A stretch of 64,000 nucleotides of DNA from an uncultured Gemmatimonadaceae bacterium (GCA_963829055.1 CAWHHI010000012.1:416001-480000), one strand, 5' to 3'; positions 34,101-48,285 are shown, counted from the first letter of the stretch. Numbers and translations are program-made. The notes: a model not told the origin generated them from the letters alone.

Positions 34101-36543
34101 ATGCAGGCGGTTCTCAGAGACATCCGATACGGCGCCCGTTCGCTGCGTGAAGAGCCGCGCGCTGACGGCGGTCGCGGTCCTCGCCCTCACGCTCGGCATC
34201 GGACTCACGACGACGATGTTCAGCATCGTGTACGGCGCGCTGCTCAAGGGCATGCCCTTCCCCGATCCCGACGACTCGTCGCCGTGGCAGCGACAGAACC
34301 TGTCGCGCGGCAATCGAGCGCATGCTGACACCGATTCACGATTACCTCGACTACCGCGCGCAGCAGCGGAGCTTCACGGGCATCGCCGCGCTATCACAGC
34401 GGCACCGTCAACGTCAGCGGGGCCGAGAAGGCCGAGCGCTACGACGGCGCGTGGGTGACCGCCGAGTTGTTCGACGTGCTTCAGGTCCGACCGCTGCTCG
34501 GCCGTACGTTCCGCGCGAGCGAGGAAACGCCCGGGCTCGGGCAACGTCGCCATGCTGAGCCACTCGATGTGGCAGGATCGTTATGCGGGCGACCCGCAGA
34601 TCATCGGCAAGTCCATTCGCGCGAACGGGCAGTCCCGTACACGGTCGTTGGCGTGATGCCGCCGGAATTTCAGTTTCCGGATCAGCAGGCGATCTGGATG
34701 CCGATGCAGCTGGACGCCACGAAGCTCGAGCGCGGCAAGGGGCTCGGCGCTCGAGGTCGTCGCGCGACTCAAGCCGGGCGTGTCGCTCGACGCCGCGAAC
34801 GCCGACGTCAACGCCATCGCGCGCCGGATCGCGGCCGAGTACAAGACGACGAACGAAGGCATCACGCGCGTCGGCGCGGCCGATCATCGAGACGCAGATC
34901 GGCCCGCAGGCGCGTCGACTGCTCTGGACGATGCTCGGCGCCGTGTTCTTCGTGCTGCTCATCGCGTGCGCGAACGTCGCGAATCTGCTGCTCGACCGCG
35001 CCGCGCATCGGACCAAGGAAGTCGGCATTCGCACGGCGCTCGGCGCATCGCGGCTGGCGGTCGTTAGGCAGTTCCTGAGCGAAGCGCTGGTGCTCGCCGG
35101 CGCCGGCGCCGTGCTTCGGCGACGGTGCGTCGCGCAGGTCGGCGTGATGCTGTTCAACCGCGCCATCGCCGACACGAATCCACCGTTCTGGCTCGACATC
35201 CGGCTGCACCCGCCGGTGCTGCTGTTCGTCGCGGCGACTGCGGTCGTCGCGAGCCTGTTCTCCGGAGCGATTCCCGCGTATCAGTCGTCGCGCGCGGACA
35301 TCAACGAGATCCTGAAGGACGAGTCGCGCGGCGCATCGAGCTTCCGCATCGGACGCCTGAGTCGCGCGCTCGTCGTGTTCGAGATCGCGCTGTCGTGCGG
35401 GCTGCTCGTCGCGTCGGGGCTCATGGTGAAGAGCGTCATCGAAGCTCCGCGACGCTCGACCCCGGCGTCACGACGAAGAACATCTTCACGGCGCGCGTCG
35501 GGTTTCCCGATACGTACACCGACACGGCGGCCCAGACCCGCTTCTTCGACGCAGCTCGCGCCCCAGCTCGCCGCGATTGCCGGGCGTCCAGGGCGTCGTC
35601 GCTCAGCTCGCAGGTGCCGGGCACAGTGCTGCGGGCGGCAGCCTCGTCGCGATCGAGGGCAAGGCGTACGCGACCAGATCGCGATTATCCGCTCACGCAG
35701 ATCGCTCACCGTGTCGGATCGAGCTTCTTCAGGACGTTCGAGGTCGCTGCGGTGCAGGGACGCGTCGTTCTCGACGGACGACAAGGCGGAATCAGTCCCG
35801 GTCGTGATCGTCAACCAGTCGTTCGTGCGGAAGCACTTCGCGTCCGACAACCCGCTCGGCCGGCGGATCCGACTTGGCGGCGCGAATTCGACGGACCCGT
35901 GGCGCACCATCGTGGGCGTCATTCCGGACATCTTCACCGGCGACCCGGCAATCCGCGCGATGCCGGCATTCTGCGTTCCACTGCCCCAGAGTCCGATCGA
36001 ACGGTTCGTGAGCATCGCCGTTCGCGCGCCTAACGCAATGGCGCTCACGCCGCAGGTGCGCGCCGCGGTGGCCTCGCTCAATGCCGACATCCCGATCTAC
36101 TTCGTGTCGTCCGATGAGCGAGGCGGTGCGAGCGGAACGTCTGGCACATCCGCGTGTTCGGCGGCCTGTTCATGGTCTTCGGATGTCGCGGCGCTGCTGC
36201 TGGCCGGCTATCGGGCTGTACGCGGTGATGGCGTTCTCGGTCAGCCGTCGCGCGCGCGAGGTCGGCATCCGCATCGCGCTCGGCGCGCGCACGTCGCACG
36301 TGCTGCGCCTGGTGTTCCGCCAGGGGATCATCCAGCTCGCGATCGGCATGACGTTAGGCCTCGGCCTCGGCGCGCTGGTGTCGCAGGGCATTGCGCTGGC
36401 GCTGTTCGAGGTGCAGCCGCGGGATCCGGTGACCTTCGCGGCGGTCGTTGCGCGTGCTCACGGCGGCGGGACTGCTGGCGTGCTACATCCCGGCGCGTCG
36501 AGCGGCAAAGGTCGATCCCCTCAGCGCAATGCGAGCCGAGTGA
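34101..36543 (+). CDS. ABC permease, duplicated MacB/FtsX (ADOP) type (frameshifted)
   Basis: [76 protein letters not shown]. Confidence 0.9.
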
Positions 36544-36553
36544 TACGGACACG

Positions 36554-36741
36554 GGCTGGCATCGCGGACGGCGTGCCTGTCGCGAGTGATCAGTGCGTGA
36601 GTCGTCGGTCATCAGTCATCAGTCCGAGTCGTCAGTAGCAGCGATGGCGGCTCGCAGCCGTTCGCCAGGCGAGACTGAAAACTGATGACTGACGACTGAG
36701 CACTGACGACATGTTACTGCTAGACCGACTGCATGCCAGCC
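36554..36741. repeat. Inverted arrays of 7-mer repeats between convergent genes
   Basis: GTCGTCG GTCATCA GTCATCA (36601-36621) vs ACTGAAA ACTGATG ACTGACG ACTGAGC ACTGACG (36674-36708); outer GGCTGGCAT/ATGCCAGCC. Confidence 0.8.
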
Positions 36742-36757
36742 TAACGCCGCAGCAGCT

Positions 36758-38128
36758 CTAGAAGAACTTCGAGATCGTGTAGAGCAGTAGCCCCACGAGT
36801 CCGCCGACGAGCGTCCCGTTGATGCGGACGATACTGCAGGTCCTTTCCGATCTGCAGTTCGATCTTCTTCGACGTCTCCTCGGCGTCCCACTGCCCGACC
36901 GTGTAGGAGATGAGCTGCGCCGACCTCGCCGCGGAACTGCTCCACCGCGTAGAGCACCGCGTCCAGGATCCACTGGTCGATCTTCGCCATGAGCTCGGCG
37001 TCGCTTCAGCACCGCGCTCGCCGAGCTTCATGAGGCCCTGCTCGACCGCGCCCGGCGGGTCGGTCTCCTTGCGCTCTGCATAACGCGCGAGCGCGTGCTT
37101 GGCGTCGCCCCAGATGGTCGCGGAGAACTGCCGCACGGCCGGATTGGCGAGCATGTCCTCCTTGATCTCCTCCGCGCGCGCGATGACCTCGGGTGACGTG
37201 CGCAGCTTCTCGATGAACTCCGTGAGCGCGTGATCGAATCGCTCGCGCAGCGGGTGCGCCGGATCGGCCGCCACCTGATGCAGCGTGTTCTCGATCGCCG
37301 ACGACGACCTTGTCGTGAATCCGATCGTCCACGGCCTCCGGGAGCCACCACGGACTCTCCTCGCGGATGCGCTGCCGGATCAGCTCCTCGTTGCGCGACA
37401 CGCCGTCCGAGATCAGGCGCAGCGCTTCGTCGAGCAGCTCCTGATGGCGGTTGTCCGCCGTCAGCAGCGACAGGACGTTGCCTAGCACGGGTGCGACCTG
37501 CGTCTTCCGGACACGCGTGACCAGCGCGCGATCGATCATCGCCTGCACATCTTCGTCGCGCAGCACCTGCGCCGTGCCGGCGAGCCCCGATCGCGACGTG
37601 GTGCGCGATGCGCCGGCTGTTGGCGGGATCGCTGATCCATTTCGCGATGCGCTCCGCGATGCGCAGCCCGTGCAATCGCGCCGCGATCACCTCGCGCGAC
37701 AGGAAGTTGTTCTGCACGAACCCGCCAAGGCTGCGGCCGATGCGGTCCTTGCGGCTCGGGATGATCGCCGTATGCGGAATCGGAATGCCCAGCGGGTGGC
37801 GGAACAGCGCGGTGATGGCGAACCAGTCGGCGAGGCCGCCAACCATCGCCGCCTCGGCCGTCGCCCGAACGAACCCGAGCCACGGGAACTGTCGCTCGAG
37901 CACGAGCGAGACGACGAACAGCACGGAGGCGCCGACGAGCAGTCCGGTCGCCCGCCGCTTCATGCGGTCGAGCTGGATCTGCTTGTTCGGGTCTTCCTTG
38001 TGGATCGGCACCCGCGGCGCCGAGGCGCGGCACCGGCGGGTCCGGGACGCGACGATCGCGCCGCCCGTCGGTTCACTGGCAGCAGGCTGATCGGGCTCGG
38101 CAGGTGGGCGAAGTTGAGGTATCGCCAT
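36758..38128 (-). CDS. DUF445 family membrane protein (frameshifted)
   Basis: MKRRATGLL, AEAAMVGGLADWFAITALFRHPLGIPIPHTAIIP, IELQIGKDLQY, RINGTLVGG. Confidence 0.92.
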
Positions 38129-38231
38129 GGTGTAAAGCTGAAAGGACGGCCGAGTGGGTGGAAGGGTTGCGGCCGAAGGCGCGGCGCGCATGCCTGGACC
38201 GTTGCGCGTACTGCGGCGTACGCCGCGCAGC

Positions 38232-38669
38232 ATGCAGACCATGGAAAAGCGCGACTACCTGCTCCGCCAGATCGAGGCCCTCGGCCGAATCCTCTCCCGA
38301 CTACGGGAGCTGATCGTCGGCGGTGCCACCGCGGCAGGCCGACGCCAGATCCGCGAGGAGATGCGGAACGTCGGCCTCGACCTCGCTATGGCGAACGCCC
38401 TCGACCCGGCGACGCTGCTGATGCTGCTCGGCAGCCCGGTCCTGGACACCCGGCGCGCGTTCACGGTCGGCTCGTTGCTCCATCATGGACGCGCTGCGCG
38501 CGCGCGCCGACGGCGACGAGGCTGGGCGGCGCGGAGCGTCGCCAACGCGCTCGCGTTGCTGCAGGCGGCGCAAGCCCATGCTCGATCCGAACGTGCCGAG
38601 CTCGCGGATCAGATCATCGACGAGATCGCTCGGCGCCAGCCGACGCGCTCATCGCTCCGTGCAGACTGA
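38232..38669 (+). CDS. Hypothetical helical protein (DUF6483-like N-terminus)
   Basis: RDYLLRQIEALGRILSRL; one frameshift. Confidence 0.6.
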   Translation: MQTMEKRDYLLRQIEALGRILSRLRELIVGGATAAGRRQIREEMRNVGLDLAMANALDPATLLMLLGSPVLDTRRAFTVGSLLHHGRAARARRRRRGWAARSVANALALLQAAQAHARSERAELADQIIDEIARRQPTRSSLRAD

Positions 38670-38673
38670 CGCG

Positions 38674-39666
38674 CTAACTTGCCGGACTCGGGGATCCCGA
38701 ACCGCGCTTCCCGTTCCGCTGGAGCTCGCGCGATCGCGTAGTAGAGCTGCGCGTAGGCGACGTCCTCGACCGTCGGCGAGTCGACGCCAGCCGCGTTCGG
38801 CCCCATGATCGAGGACCACGCGCCCGTGTGGCCGAAGCCGATCGCGTGCAGCAGCTCGTGCGTCGCGACGCGCGACTCGCCCAGATACTCGTTCTGACTC
38901 ACCGTCACGAGCGCCTCGTAGATGCGACCGCTCTGCGTCGTACGTGATGAACGTCTTCCCGGCCGCGGACATTCCGCTGGTTCACCGTCACGAAGAATGC
39001 CGTCCGCGCCCGGCATCGACTTCCTCGAACGAGGCCGGACGGAAGAGCGTGCGGCCGAGCAGCCGCTCGAGGTTCCGTCGCCATCTCCCAGAAGCCGAGC
39101 GGAGTCGCTCGCCGAGATGAATCGGGTCGCCGCGCTCGTGGCGGAACGCGACTCGGATCGGAAAGCTGTCCGCGACCCAGCTCACCGGCGCGACCAGCGA
39201 GCCGGCCGCGTCGCGTCAGCCGCCAGTAGCCGGGACCGTCGCCGTACCGCGTCGTTGCGCGTGACCGGATCGATCGGCACGTCACGACCGTCGAACGGGC
39301 CGCCGCGAATGCGCCAGTGCGTCGGCACGAGCACGATGCGCGCTGGTTCGTTCGGCGCACCTGGGACCGAGCGTGACCACGCTCGTGTGGTAGCGCGGCG
39401 CGCGTCGAATCGCTGAAGACGCGCAGCGTGACGCGGCCTCGACGGTGGCGACGGGAACGATCCAACGAAGATGCCTGACGAGTCGATCAGCGGCTTCGTA
39501 GCGGCCCGCGCGCGTCGATCGCGACGACGTGGACGCCATCGAGCGCGCCGCTGTCAGCGGCGATGATTCGCCCGCCGAACACGTACGAATCGCGCGGCGG
39601 TGAGGCGAGTCGTGCATCGCGCATCACGCTGGCCAGCGCGACGGCGCACATCACCCGAATCCACAT
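38674..39666 (-). CDS. Exported zinc metalloprotease-like protein (frameshifted)
   Basis: HELLHAIGFGH followed by a SIM Met-turn; N-terminal signal peptide. Confidence 0.7.
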
Positions 39667-39833
39667 GGGCACACCTGTCCATCCGGTCCTGACCCGCCGA
39701 CGCGTCACAACAAGAAGTCGTCGAGGGGCACCCGAATCTACGAGCGTGCGCAGGCACGCGCACGCTTCAGAAGCACAGCCGCTCGCGGGTGTCAGCCGCT
39801 CAGTCCGGCACGGTCACTGCGTTAGGGCTGGCT

Positions 39834-40680
39834 ATGCAATGTCCCCAAGGATTCCACGCGCGGCGATTCGTCGCGGTGCTGTGGGGAGCAACGGTTGTGC
39901 TCCCATCCATGCTGCCGGCGCAGGGGTCGGACTCCCTGCGTGCCTCGCATCACCCACCGGTCATCACGTGGCTCGACGCGGCGACGCTCGGCGCCGGCAT
40001 CGCGGGCTCGATCGCGCTCATGGGCAGCGACTCTCGGATCGCCAGGCGACTGCAGAGCGATCCGTACCAGAACAACGATCACTACCAGGACATCGCCAGC
40101 GTCGCTGGAAAGTTCAACGAGAAGAGTCTGTTCGCCGTCGGGCTGATCACGTACGGCGTGGCGAAGCTCGTGCACGCGCCGCGCACGACAACGGACATCG
40201 CGTGGCACACGACGGAGTCGATCTTCATCGCCAGCGCGACCGCGACGATCGCCCGCGGCATCCTCGGCCGCTCGCGGCCGTTCGTCACGGCGGATTCCGA
40301 TGCCTATGACTACAAGCCGGGCATGGGATTTCGGGAGTTGAAGTACCGCGCGTACCCGTCCATTCACGCCGCGTCCGCGTTCGCCACCGCATCCGCGCTG
40401 ACGACGGAGACGGCACGCCACTCCCACGGGGCGGCGTGGATAGTCGGCCCGCTCAGCTACTCGCTGGCGACATTGCCCGGCCTCGCGCGCATGTACGAGG
40501 ACAAGCACTGGGCGAGCGACGTGCTGATGGGCGCAGCGTTAGGCACGGTGACTGGCTGGGCGACGGTGCGCTATCATCACAACCGCGAGGGCAACCGACT
40601 CGACAAGTTCTTTCTCGGCCCGGCGCCATCGGCAACATCGAACGGCGGAGATCGCGCTCGACGTGGGGCTTCACGTTTGA
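39834..40680 (+). CDS. PAP2 family phosphatase
   Basis: GRSRP, YPSIH, ARMYEDKHWASDVLMGA. Confidence 0.88.
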
Positions 40681-40687
40681 ACGGCTG

Positions 40688-41365
40688 TCATGGCTCCCTC
40701 GCCCGCCCGGGCCCGCAGCGCCGCCAGCGTCCACGATCTCGATACGCCCACCACCAAGCGAGCGAACCAGGCCCGCCGTTCGCAGCGCGTGCAGCTCGCG
40801 TACGATCACCTCGCGCACCGTCCCCAGCTCCTCGGCGAGCTGCTGTTGCGTCATGCCGAGCGCGATCACGGCGCGGCCGCGCGCGTCCGCGCGCGTCGTC
40901 AGGTATTCGGCAAGTCGAGCGGACACCGAGTGGAGCGCGCTGCGGTCGAGCCGCTCGACGACCTCGCGAACCCGCCGCGCGAGGCGCTCGAGCAGCACGA
41001 ACGCCGCGTCGGGACTCGAGCGGATCGCCGCGGCCAGTGCTTCACGCGCGATGACCGCACACACCGTCGGCTCCGCCGCTACCGCGGTCGCCGGGTAGTC
41101 GCCGCCCCCGAACATCGGAACCTCGCCGAGCGTGCCGCCAACGCCCTCGACATGGACCACCTGCGCGCGCCCGCCCGCGCGCCGGATCACGCGGACCTTG
41201 CCTTCGAGCACGACCATCAGCCCCGAGGCAGATTCGCCCGCGCGAAAGAGCGTCTCGCCGCGTCGCAAAACGTCGCTCGACAGCACGGTCGGCCAACGTC
41301 TGGACAGCCGCACGCGGGAATGCGGCAAAGAACGGAATGGCGTCGAGTCGGTCGCGTGAGATCAT
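40688..41365 (-). CDS. Crp/Fnr family transcriptional regulator (frameshifted)
   Basis: LFRAGE, GEVPMFGG..YPATA, VSARLA, TQQQLAEELGTVREVIVR. Confidence 0.9.
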
Positions 41366-41414
41366 GCGTCGATGGTACACCGCGATCGACGCGTCGCCAG
41401 CAGGCGTTCGAGGA

Positions 41415-41430
41415 GTGACAGAAGTTTCAC
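41415..41430. promoter_or_regulatory. Possible Crp/Fnr-type operator
   Basis: GTGA-CAGAAGTT-TCAC between the divergent crp and His/Met-rich genes; spacer is 8 nt rather than the canonical 6. Confidence 0.35.
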
Positions 41431-41524
41431 GTCAGCCGCGCCCGACTCGTTATCGTTGCCCTGAGCACGCGTAGACAGCGTTCAGCGGCGTCGTGCGCCC
41501 CATCACTTCTGGACATCTACTTCA

Positions 41525-42114
41525 ATGCGACTCCTCAACTTCAGCGGCACGCCAGCGGCACTTCTCATGATCTCGTTCGCGGCGGCCGCGCTTGCACGGG
41601 CAGACCATGGGCGGAATGGACCACAGCGCTCACGCCGCCATGAGCAAGACATCAGCGCCGATGCCCGCTGGCCAGGACGCGTACGCCACGGTCGCCGCGG
41701 TCGTTGCGGCACTGGAGGCCGATTCGACCACGGACTGGTCGAAGGTCAACATCGAGGCGCTTCGCCAGCATCTGCTCGTCATGAACGACGTGACGCTCGG
41801 GGCGCGCGCGACGCAGTCTCCGGTCGCCGGCGGCGCACGCATGGACGTCACGGGCGACGGCCGCGTCGCGCAGTCCATTCGCGCCATGCTGCACGCACAT
41901 GCGCGGCGAGCTGGAGAAGTTGGGCACGTACCACGCGACGGTCGACGACATTCCGTCGGGCGCCCGCCTAACGGTGACGGCGTCGGACGCCGGCAACACG
42001 GCGACCGATTGCGAAGATCCGCGGCTTGGGCTTCATCGGCCTGCTGACGTTCGGCGACCACCACGCGCCGCACCATATCGCGCTGGCCGCGGCAGACGAT
42101 GAGCGCATCGGTAG
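41525..42114 (+). CDS. Exported His/Met-rich hypothetical protein (frameshifted)
   Basis: MGGMDHSAH, TDWSKVNIEALRQHL, MLHAHA, KIRGLGFIGLL..HHAPHH. Confidence 0.7.
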
Positions 42115-42125
42115 GTCTCAGGTCG

Positions 42126-43792
<1,667 letters not shown>

Positions 43793-44029
43793 GTGTCGCT
43801 TCCAGGAAGGTGAGTAGGCTAGTGGACTGAGCGGCAGATGGGCCGGAATCACCTGCTATCAACATCTCACCGACGCTCCACTAGTCAGCGGGGCGTCAGC
43901 ACTTTTGCGACGACTACTGCTCCAACATACACTTCAGGCGACGAGCAGCCCATACCCAGCCATGGCTGGTACCGCAGTGTCCACCAGTGCGTACCATCGT
44001 CCACCATCGGACCGCTCGGGAGCTCGGCC

Positions 44030-44472
44030 ATGAACATCTTCTCGACGACGCCGTCGCAACGTCAGCTCGGGCGTGGGCCTGCTCGTTCTGCGTCTCGCGC
44101 TCGGGCTCGTGTTCATCGTTCATGGCGGCCAGAAGCTGTTCGTGATGGGCCCGAGCGGCGACCGGCGGCATGCTCGGGCAGATGGGGATACCCGGCGCGG
44201 CACTGTTCGGGCCGATGCTCGCGATCGTCGAGCCACTCGCTGGAGTCGGCGCTCATGCTCGGCCTGCTCACTCGTCTCGCCGGCATTCGCGATCGCGTCC
44301 GACATGTTCGGCGCGATCGCTTATGTTTCACATCCACGCACGGCTTCTTCGTGCCGATGGGAATCGAGTTTCCGATGATGCTCTGCGCGAGCGGCGCTCG
44401 CGCTGGCCGCGCTCGGCGCGGGACCCTTCTCGATCGATCATGCCATCGATCGAGCGACGCAATGCAACCTGA
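44030..44472 (+). CDS. DoxX family membrane protein (CatD-like)
   Basis: LLVLRLALGLVFIVHGGQKLF, LGLLTRLA, GIEFP. Confidence 0.88.
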
Positions 44473-44483
44473 GGAATCGCGTC

Positions 44484-45411
44484 ATGTCTGATGCGGATCC
44501 GAACCACGCGTCCGGTGCACGTCGGAAAATGCCGAGGATCGCGGCATCGCGCCGCCGGGATTTCGGCTCCCACCCGCGACGCACATAGGCGTCGTTCGCC
44601 TGCAGGTCGCGGACCTCGCGCGCTCGCTCGCGTACTACGAGCGCGTCCTCGGATTTCGCGTACGTGCGCCGCGACCGACGGGGTCGCGGCTCGGCACCAG
44701 TCGACGGCGAATCGCCGATCCTCGAGCTGCGCGAACGGCCCGGCGCGCAACCCGCATCCGCGAGCGCGGCCAGCTCGGACTCTTTCACTTCGCGATTCTC
44801 CTTCCCGATCGCGCGTCGCTCGGACGCTTCGTTACGCCACCTGTCGGAGATCGGCGCGTACGCCGGCATGTCCGATCATCTCGTGAGCGAGGCGCTCTAC
44901 CTCACGGATCCCGACGGACTCGGGCATCGAGGTGTACGCCGACCGTCCGCGCGCGGAGTGGACGTACGACGGCCGCGAGCTCGCAGATGGCGACGCTTCC
45001 GCTCGACGTGCAGGACCTCGTGGCGGCCGGCGGGACAGAGCGCTGGACGGGCATGCCTAACGGGACGACGATCGGCCACGTGCATCTGCACGTCGGCGAT
45101 CTCGAGGAGGCCGCCGCGTTCTACCACGAGGCGCTCGGCTTCGACAAGGTCGTCTGGAGCTACCCGGGCGCGTTGTTCCTCTCGGCGGGCGGCTACCATC
45201 ATCATCTCGGCACGAACACGTGGGCGGCGGCGCACCGCCGCGCGGGCGAGGATGACGCGAGCCTGCGTCGAGTGGGAGCTCGTGCTGCCTGACGCGGCGA
45301 GTGTCGCGCGGCGGCGGCGAGCGTCGAGCGGCGGGCGGGTCGAACGTTCGCCGGACGGCAGGTCCTCGCGCGCGATCCGTGGGGCACGGCCGTGAGGCTC
45401 GTCGCGGCTGA
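44484..45411 (+). CDS. VOC family catechol 2,3-dioxygenase-like protein (CatE-like; frameshifted, end approximate)
   Basis: [55 protein letters not shown]. Confidence 0.88.
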
Positions 45412-45554
45412 GGAAGACCGTAGAACCAATGACGGCGGACGACGCGAGGCGGAGAAGCGGTCATCCACGAGCGATCTCGTGATGCATGGCCGTCTCGACG
45501 CATCGAAGTCACTCGTCATGAGCCTCGGCGATCGCTCCTCGGAGACGACGCGCG

Positions 45555-48270
45555 CTAGTCCGCGCGGATCGAGATCAGCGGGTCGACCGCACACCGCGCG
45601 GCGCATCGGGCACCAGACACGCCGCGACCGCCGTCAGGAGCAGCACCGCCACGCCGATCGCGAATGACAGCGGGTCCGTGCGGCCGACGCCGTACAGCAT
45701 GTTCTCGAGCAGCTTCGACGCCCAGCGCGCGCCCAGCACGCCCGACGAGCGCGCCGACCGCCGCCATCACCACGCCGCGCCGGAGCACGGACTATCGCGA
45801 TCGTCGAGCGCGTGGCGCCGAGCGCGATCCGGATGCCGATCTCGCGCGTCTGCTGCGCGACCGCGTACGCCATCACGCCATAGAGCCCGACCGCGGCCAG
45901 CACGAGCGCGAGCACCGTGAACGCCACGAGCAGCGTCATCGTGAAGCGCGGCCGCGCGATCGACCGCTGCCATGACGTTCTCGATGTTGGTGACGTTCGG
46001 CGACGGCAGTGCGCGCGTCCGCCTGCGCGAACGAGCGCGCGGAGCGACGGAATCGGATCGGCGCCCGGCGCGACGCGAACCATGAGCGCCGGCTCGTAGG
46101 AGTCCGTCGCCGGCAGGTACAACATCGGCCGACTCGCGTCGCCCATGAGGCCGGCCGTGAGCGCATCCGCGACGACGCCGACGATCGTCGTCCAGTCGCC
46201 CTGGCCGTTGTAGACGACGCGAATCCGGTGACCTAGCGCCGACTTCCCGCGGCCAGTACTTCTTCGCGAAGCCGTCGTTGACGAGCGCCTGTCCGTGCCG
46301 CCTTCGACGTGTCGGTGATCGTCGAGCCTTCGACGAGCCGAATCCCCATGAAGCGGAAGTAGTCAGGCTCGACGCCGGTTGTAGTCGATGAACGACGTCG
46401 TGCCCGCCGGCGGCAGCGGGTCGCCCTCGATCTGCAGCGCACCGATGAGGAAGCTCCGCGACGGCGGCGCGCCGTCGGCGATCGTCAGCGGCCTCGACGC
46501 CGGGCACGTGACGCATCCGTTCGGCGATGTCCGACGAGGAACGCCTGCCGCGCCTCGGTCGTCGGATACTGCCTGCCGGCAGCGTGAGCTGAACCGCGTA
46601 CAGCCGCGACGGATCGAAGCCGGGATCGATGCGTCTGCAGGTGGACGATGCTGCGAATGAGCAGCGTCGCGCCCACGAGCAGGACCGTGGACACCGCCAT
46701 CTCGCTCACGACGAGCACCGAGCGACAGCCGTCGCTGCCGCCGCGACTGCGACACGGACGATGGCGCCTGCCTTGAGCGCATCGTTCGCGGAGAATCGCG
46801 CGGACTGCAGGGTGCCGAGCAGCTCCGACGATGAGTCCGGTCAGCGGCGGCGAGCCCCGCCGTCACGAGCAGCGTCGTCCCGTCCATTCGCGCCTCGCGC
46901 CAGCTCGGCGAGCGACTCCGGGCGCATCGCGACGCAGCGCGCTGCAGTCCGACCCAGCCCGACCAGAAGTCCACCAAGACAACCGGCGACGGCGAGCAGC
47001 AGACTCTCGGTGAGCAGCTGCCTGACGATGTCGAACGCCGACTCGCGCCCATCGCCGCGCGAATCGCGAGCTCGCGCTGGCGCGCGGCCGTCTTCGCGAG
47101 CAGCAGATGCGCGACGTTGCCGCAGGCGATGAGCAGCACGAGCGCGACGGCAACCGACAGCAGCAGCAGCGACTGACGGAAGCTCACCAGCTCGCTCGGC
47201 GCCGTGAGCTTGACCGTGAAGTCGCTCGCTCGCGCGCCTTCGGCCTGCTTCGCGGACGCTCGGGCGTAGATCGAGTCGAGCTCACGCGTCGCCGCGGCCA
47301 TGCGTCACGTTCGGCCGCAGCCGCCCGACCGAGTCGGCACGGCAATGCTGTCGTTGCGCAGGTCGAGCGGCAGCCAGACGTCGCTCACCGTTCTCCTCGA
47401 GCCTGCGGCAGCCGGTACCCGACCGGCATGACACCGATGACCGTGTACGGCTGATTGTCGAGCGCGATCGACTTGCCGATGATCGCGGCGGTCGCTCCCG
47501 TAGCGCCCACGCCAGAACGGCTCGCTCAACAGCGCGACGCGCCCGCCGTCGGCGATGTCGCGCGACGTGAACACGCGGCCGATGATCGGTTTCGTCCCGG
47601 TGAACTCACTGAACGACGGCAGGACCGACGCACGTTGACGCTGGCGGGTGTGCCGTCCGTCGTTCGCAGCGAACGGTCCGTCGCCGTGTACGCCTCGAAC
47701 GCCTCGAACGATCGGGCGTTCTCCTTCCAGGCGCGCACGACCTGCATGTCCGCGGCATGACCATCACGCTCATGCCGGTGTTGTTGCCGCGCGTCGGCTC
47801 GAGATACACGAACGCGATGCGATCCGCGTTCGGGTACGGCAGCGGGTGGAGCAGCAGCGTGTTGACGACGCTGAACACGGCGGTGTTGGCCCCAATGCCG
47901 AGCGCCAGCGTGATCACCGCGACGGCGGTCCAGCCCTTCTGCCTGCCTAACGTGCGCCAGGCGAACTGGACGTCGTGGACGAACGCGTCGACGAGCTGCG
48001 CGCGAGTCATGCGACGTTCCCTCCGGGAGGTGATGGCGATGCATTCGGCGCGCGCGCTGTGCGAGGTCGCCGAGTCGGCGCGTCGCGGCACGACGTGCGT
48101 CGGTCGTCGGACATGCCGCGCTCCATGTAGTCGCGTGCGCGCATGTCGATGTGAAACGCGAGCTCGTCGTCGACGTCGGCCTCCGCGCGCGGACCCCAGA
48201 AGCGCAGGTAGCGCCGCCACGTGGCGGCGCGTGGGCGTTCGGGGGCGGGCGCTTGCTGCGGATCGTTCAT
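45555..48270 (-). CDS. ADOP-type ABC permease with N-terminal prefix domain (frameshifted)
   Basis: [71 protein letters not shown]. Confidence 0.9.
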
Positions 48271-48285
48271 GAGCGGTCTCGCGAG

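Noticed and set aside
40350..40370. PAP2 motif PSIH instead of PSGH
   Set aside because: The catalytic His and the third motif are intact; no evidence of altered function from sequence alone
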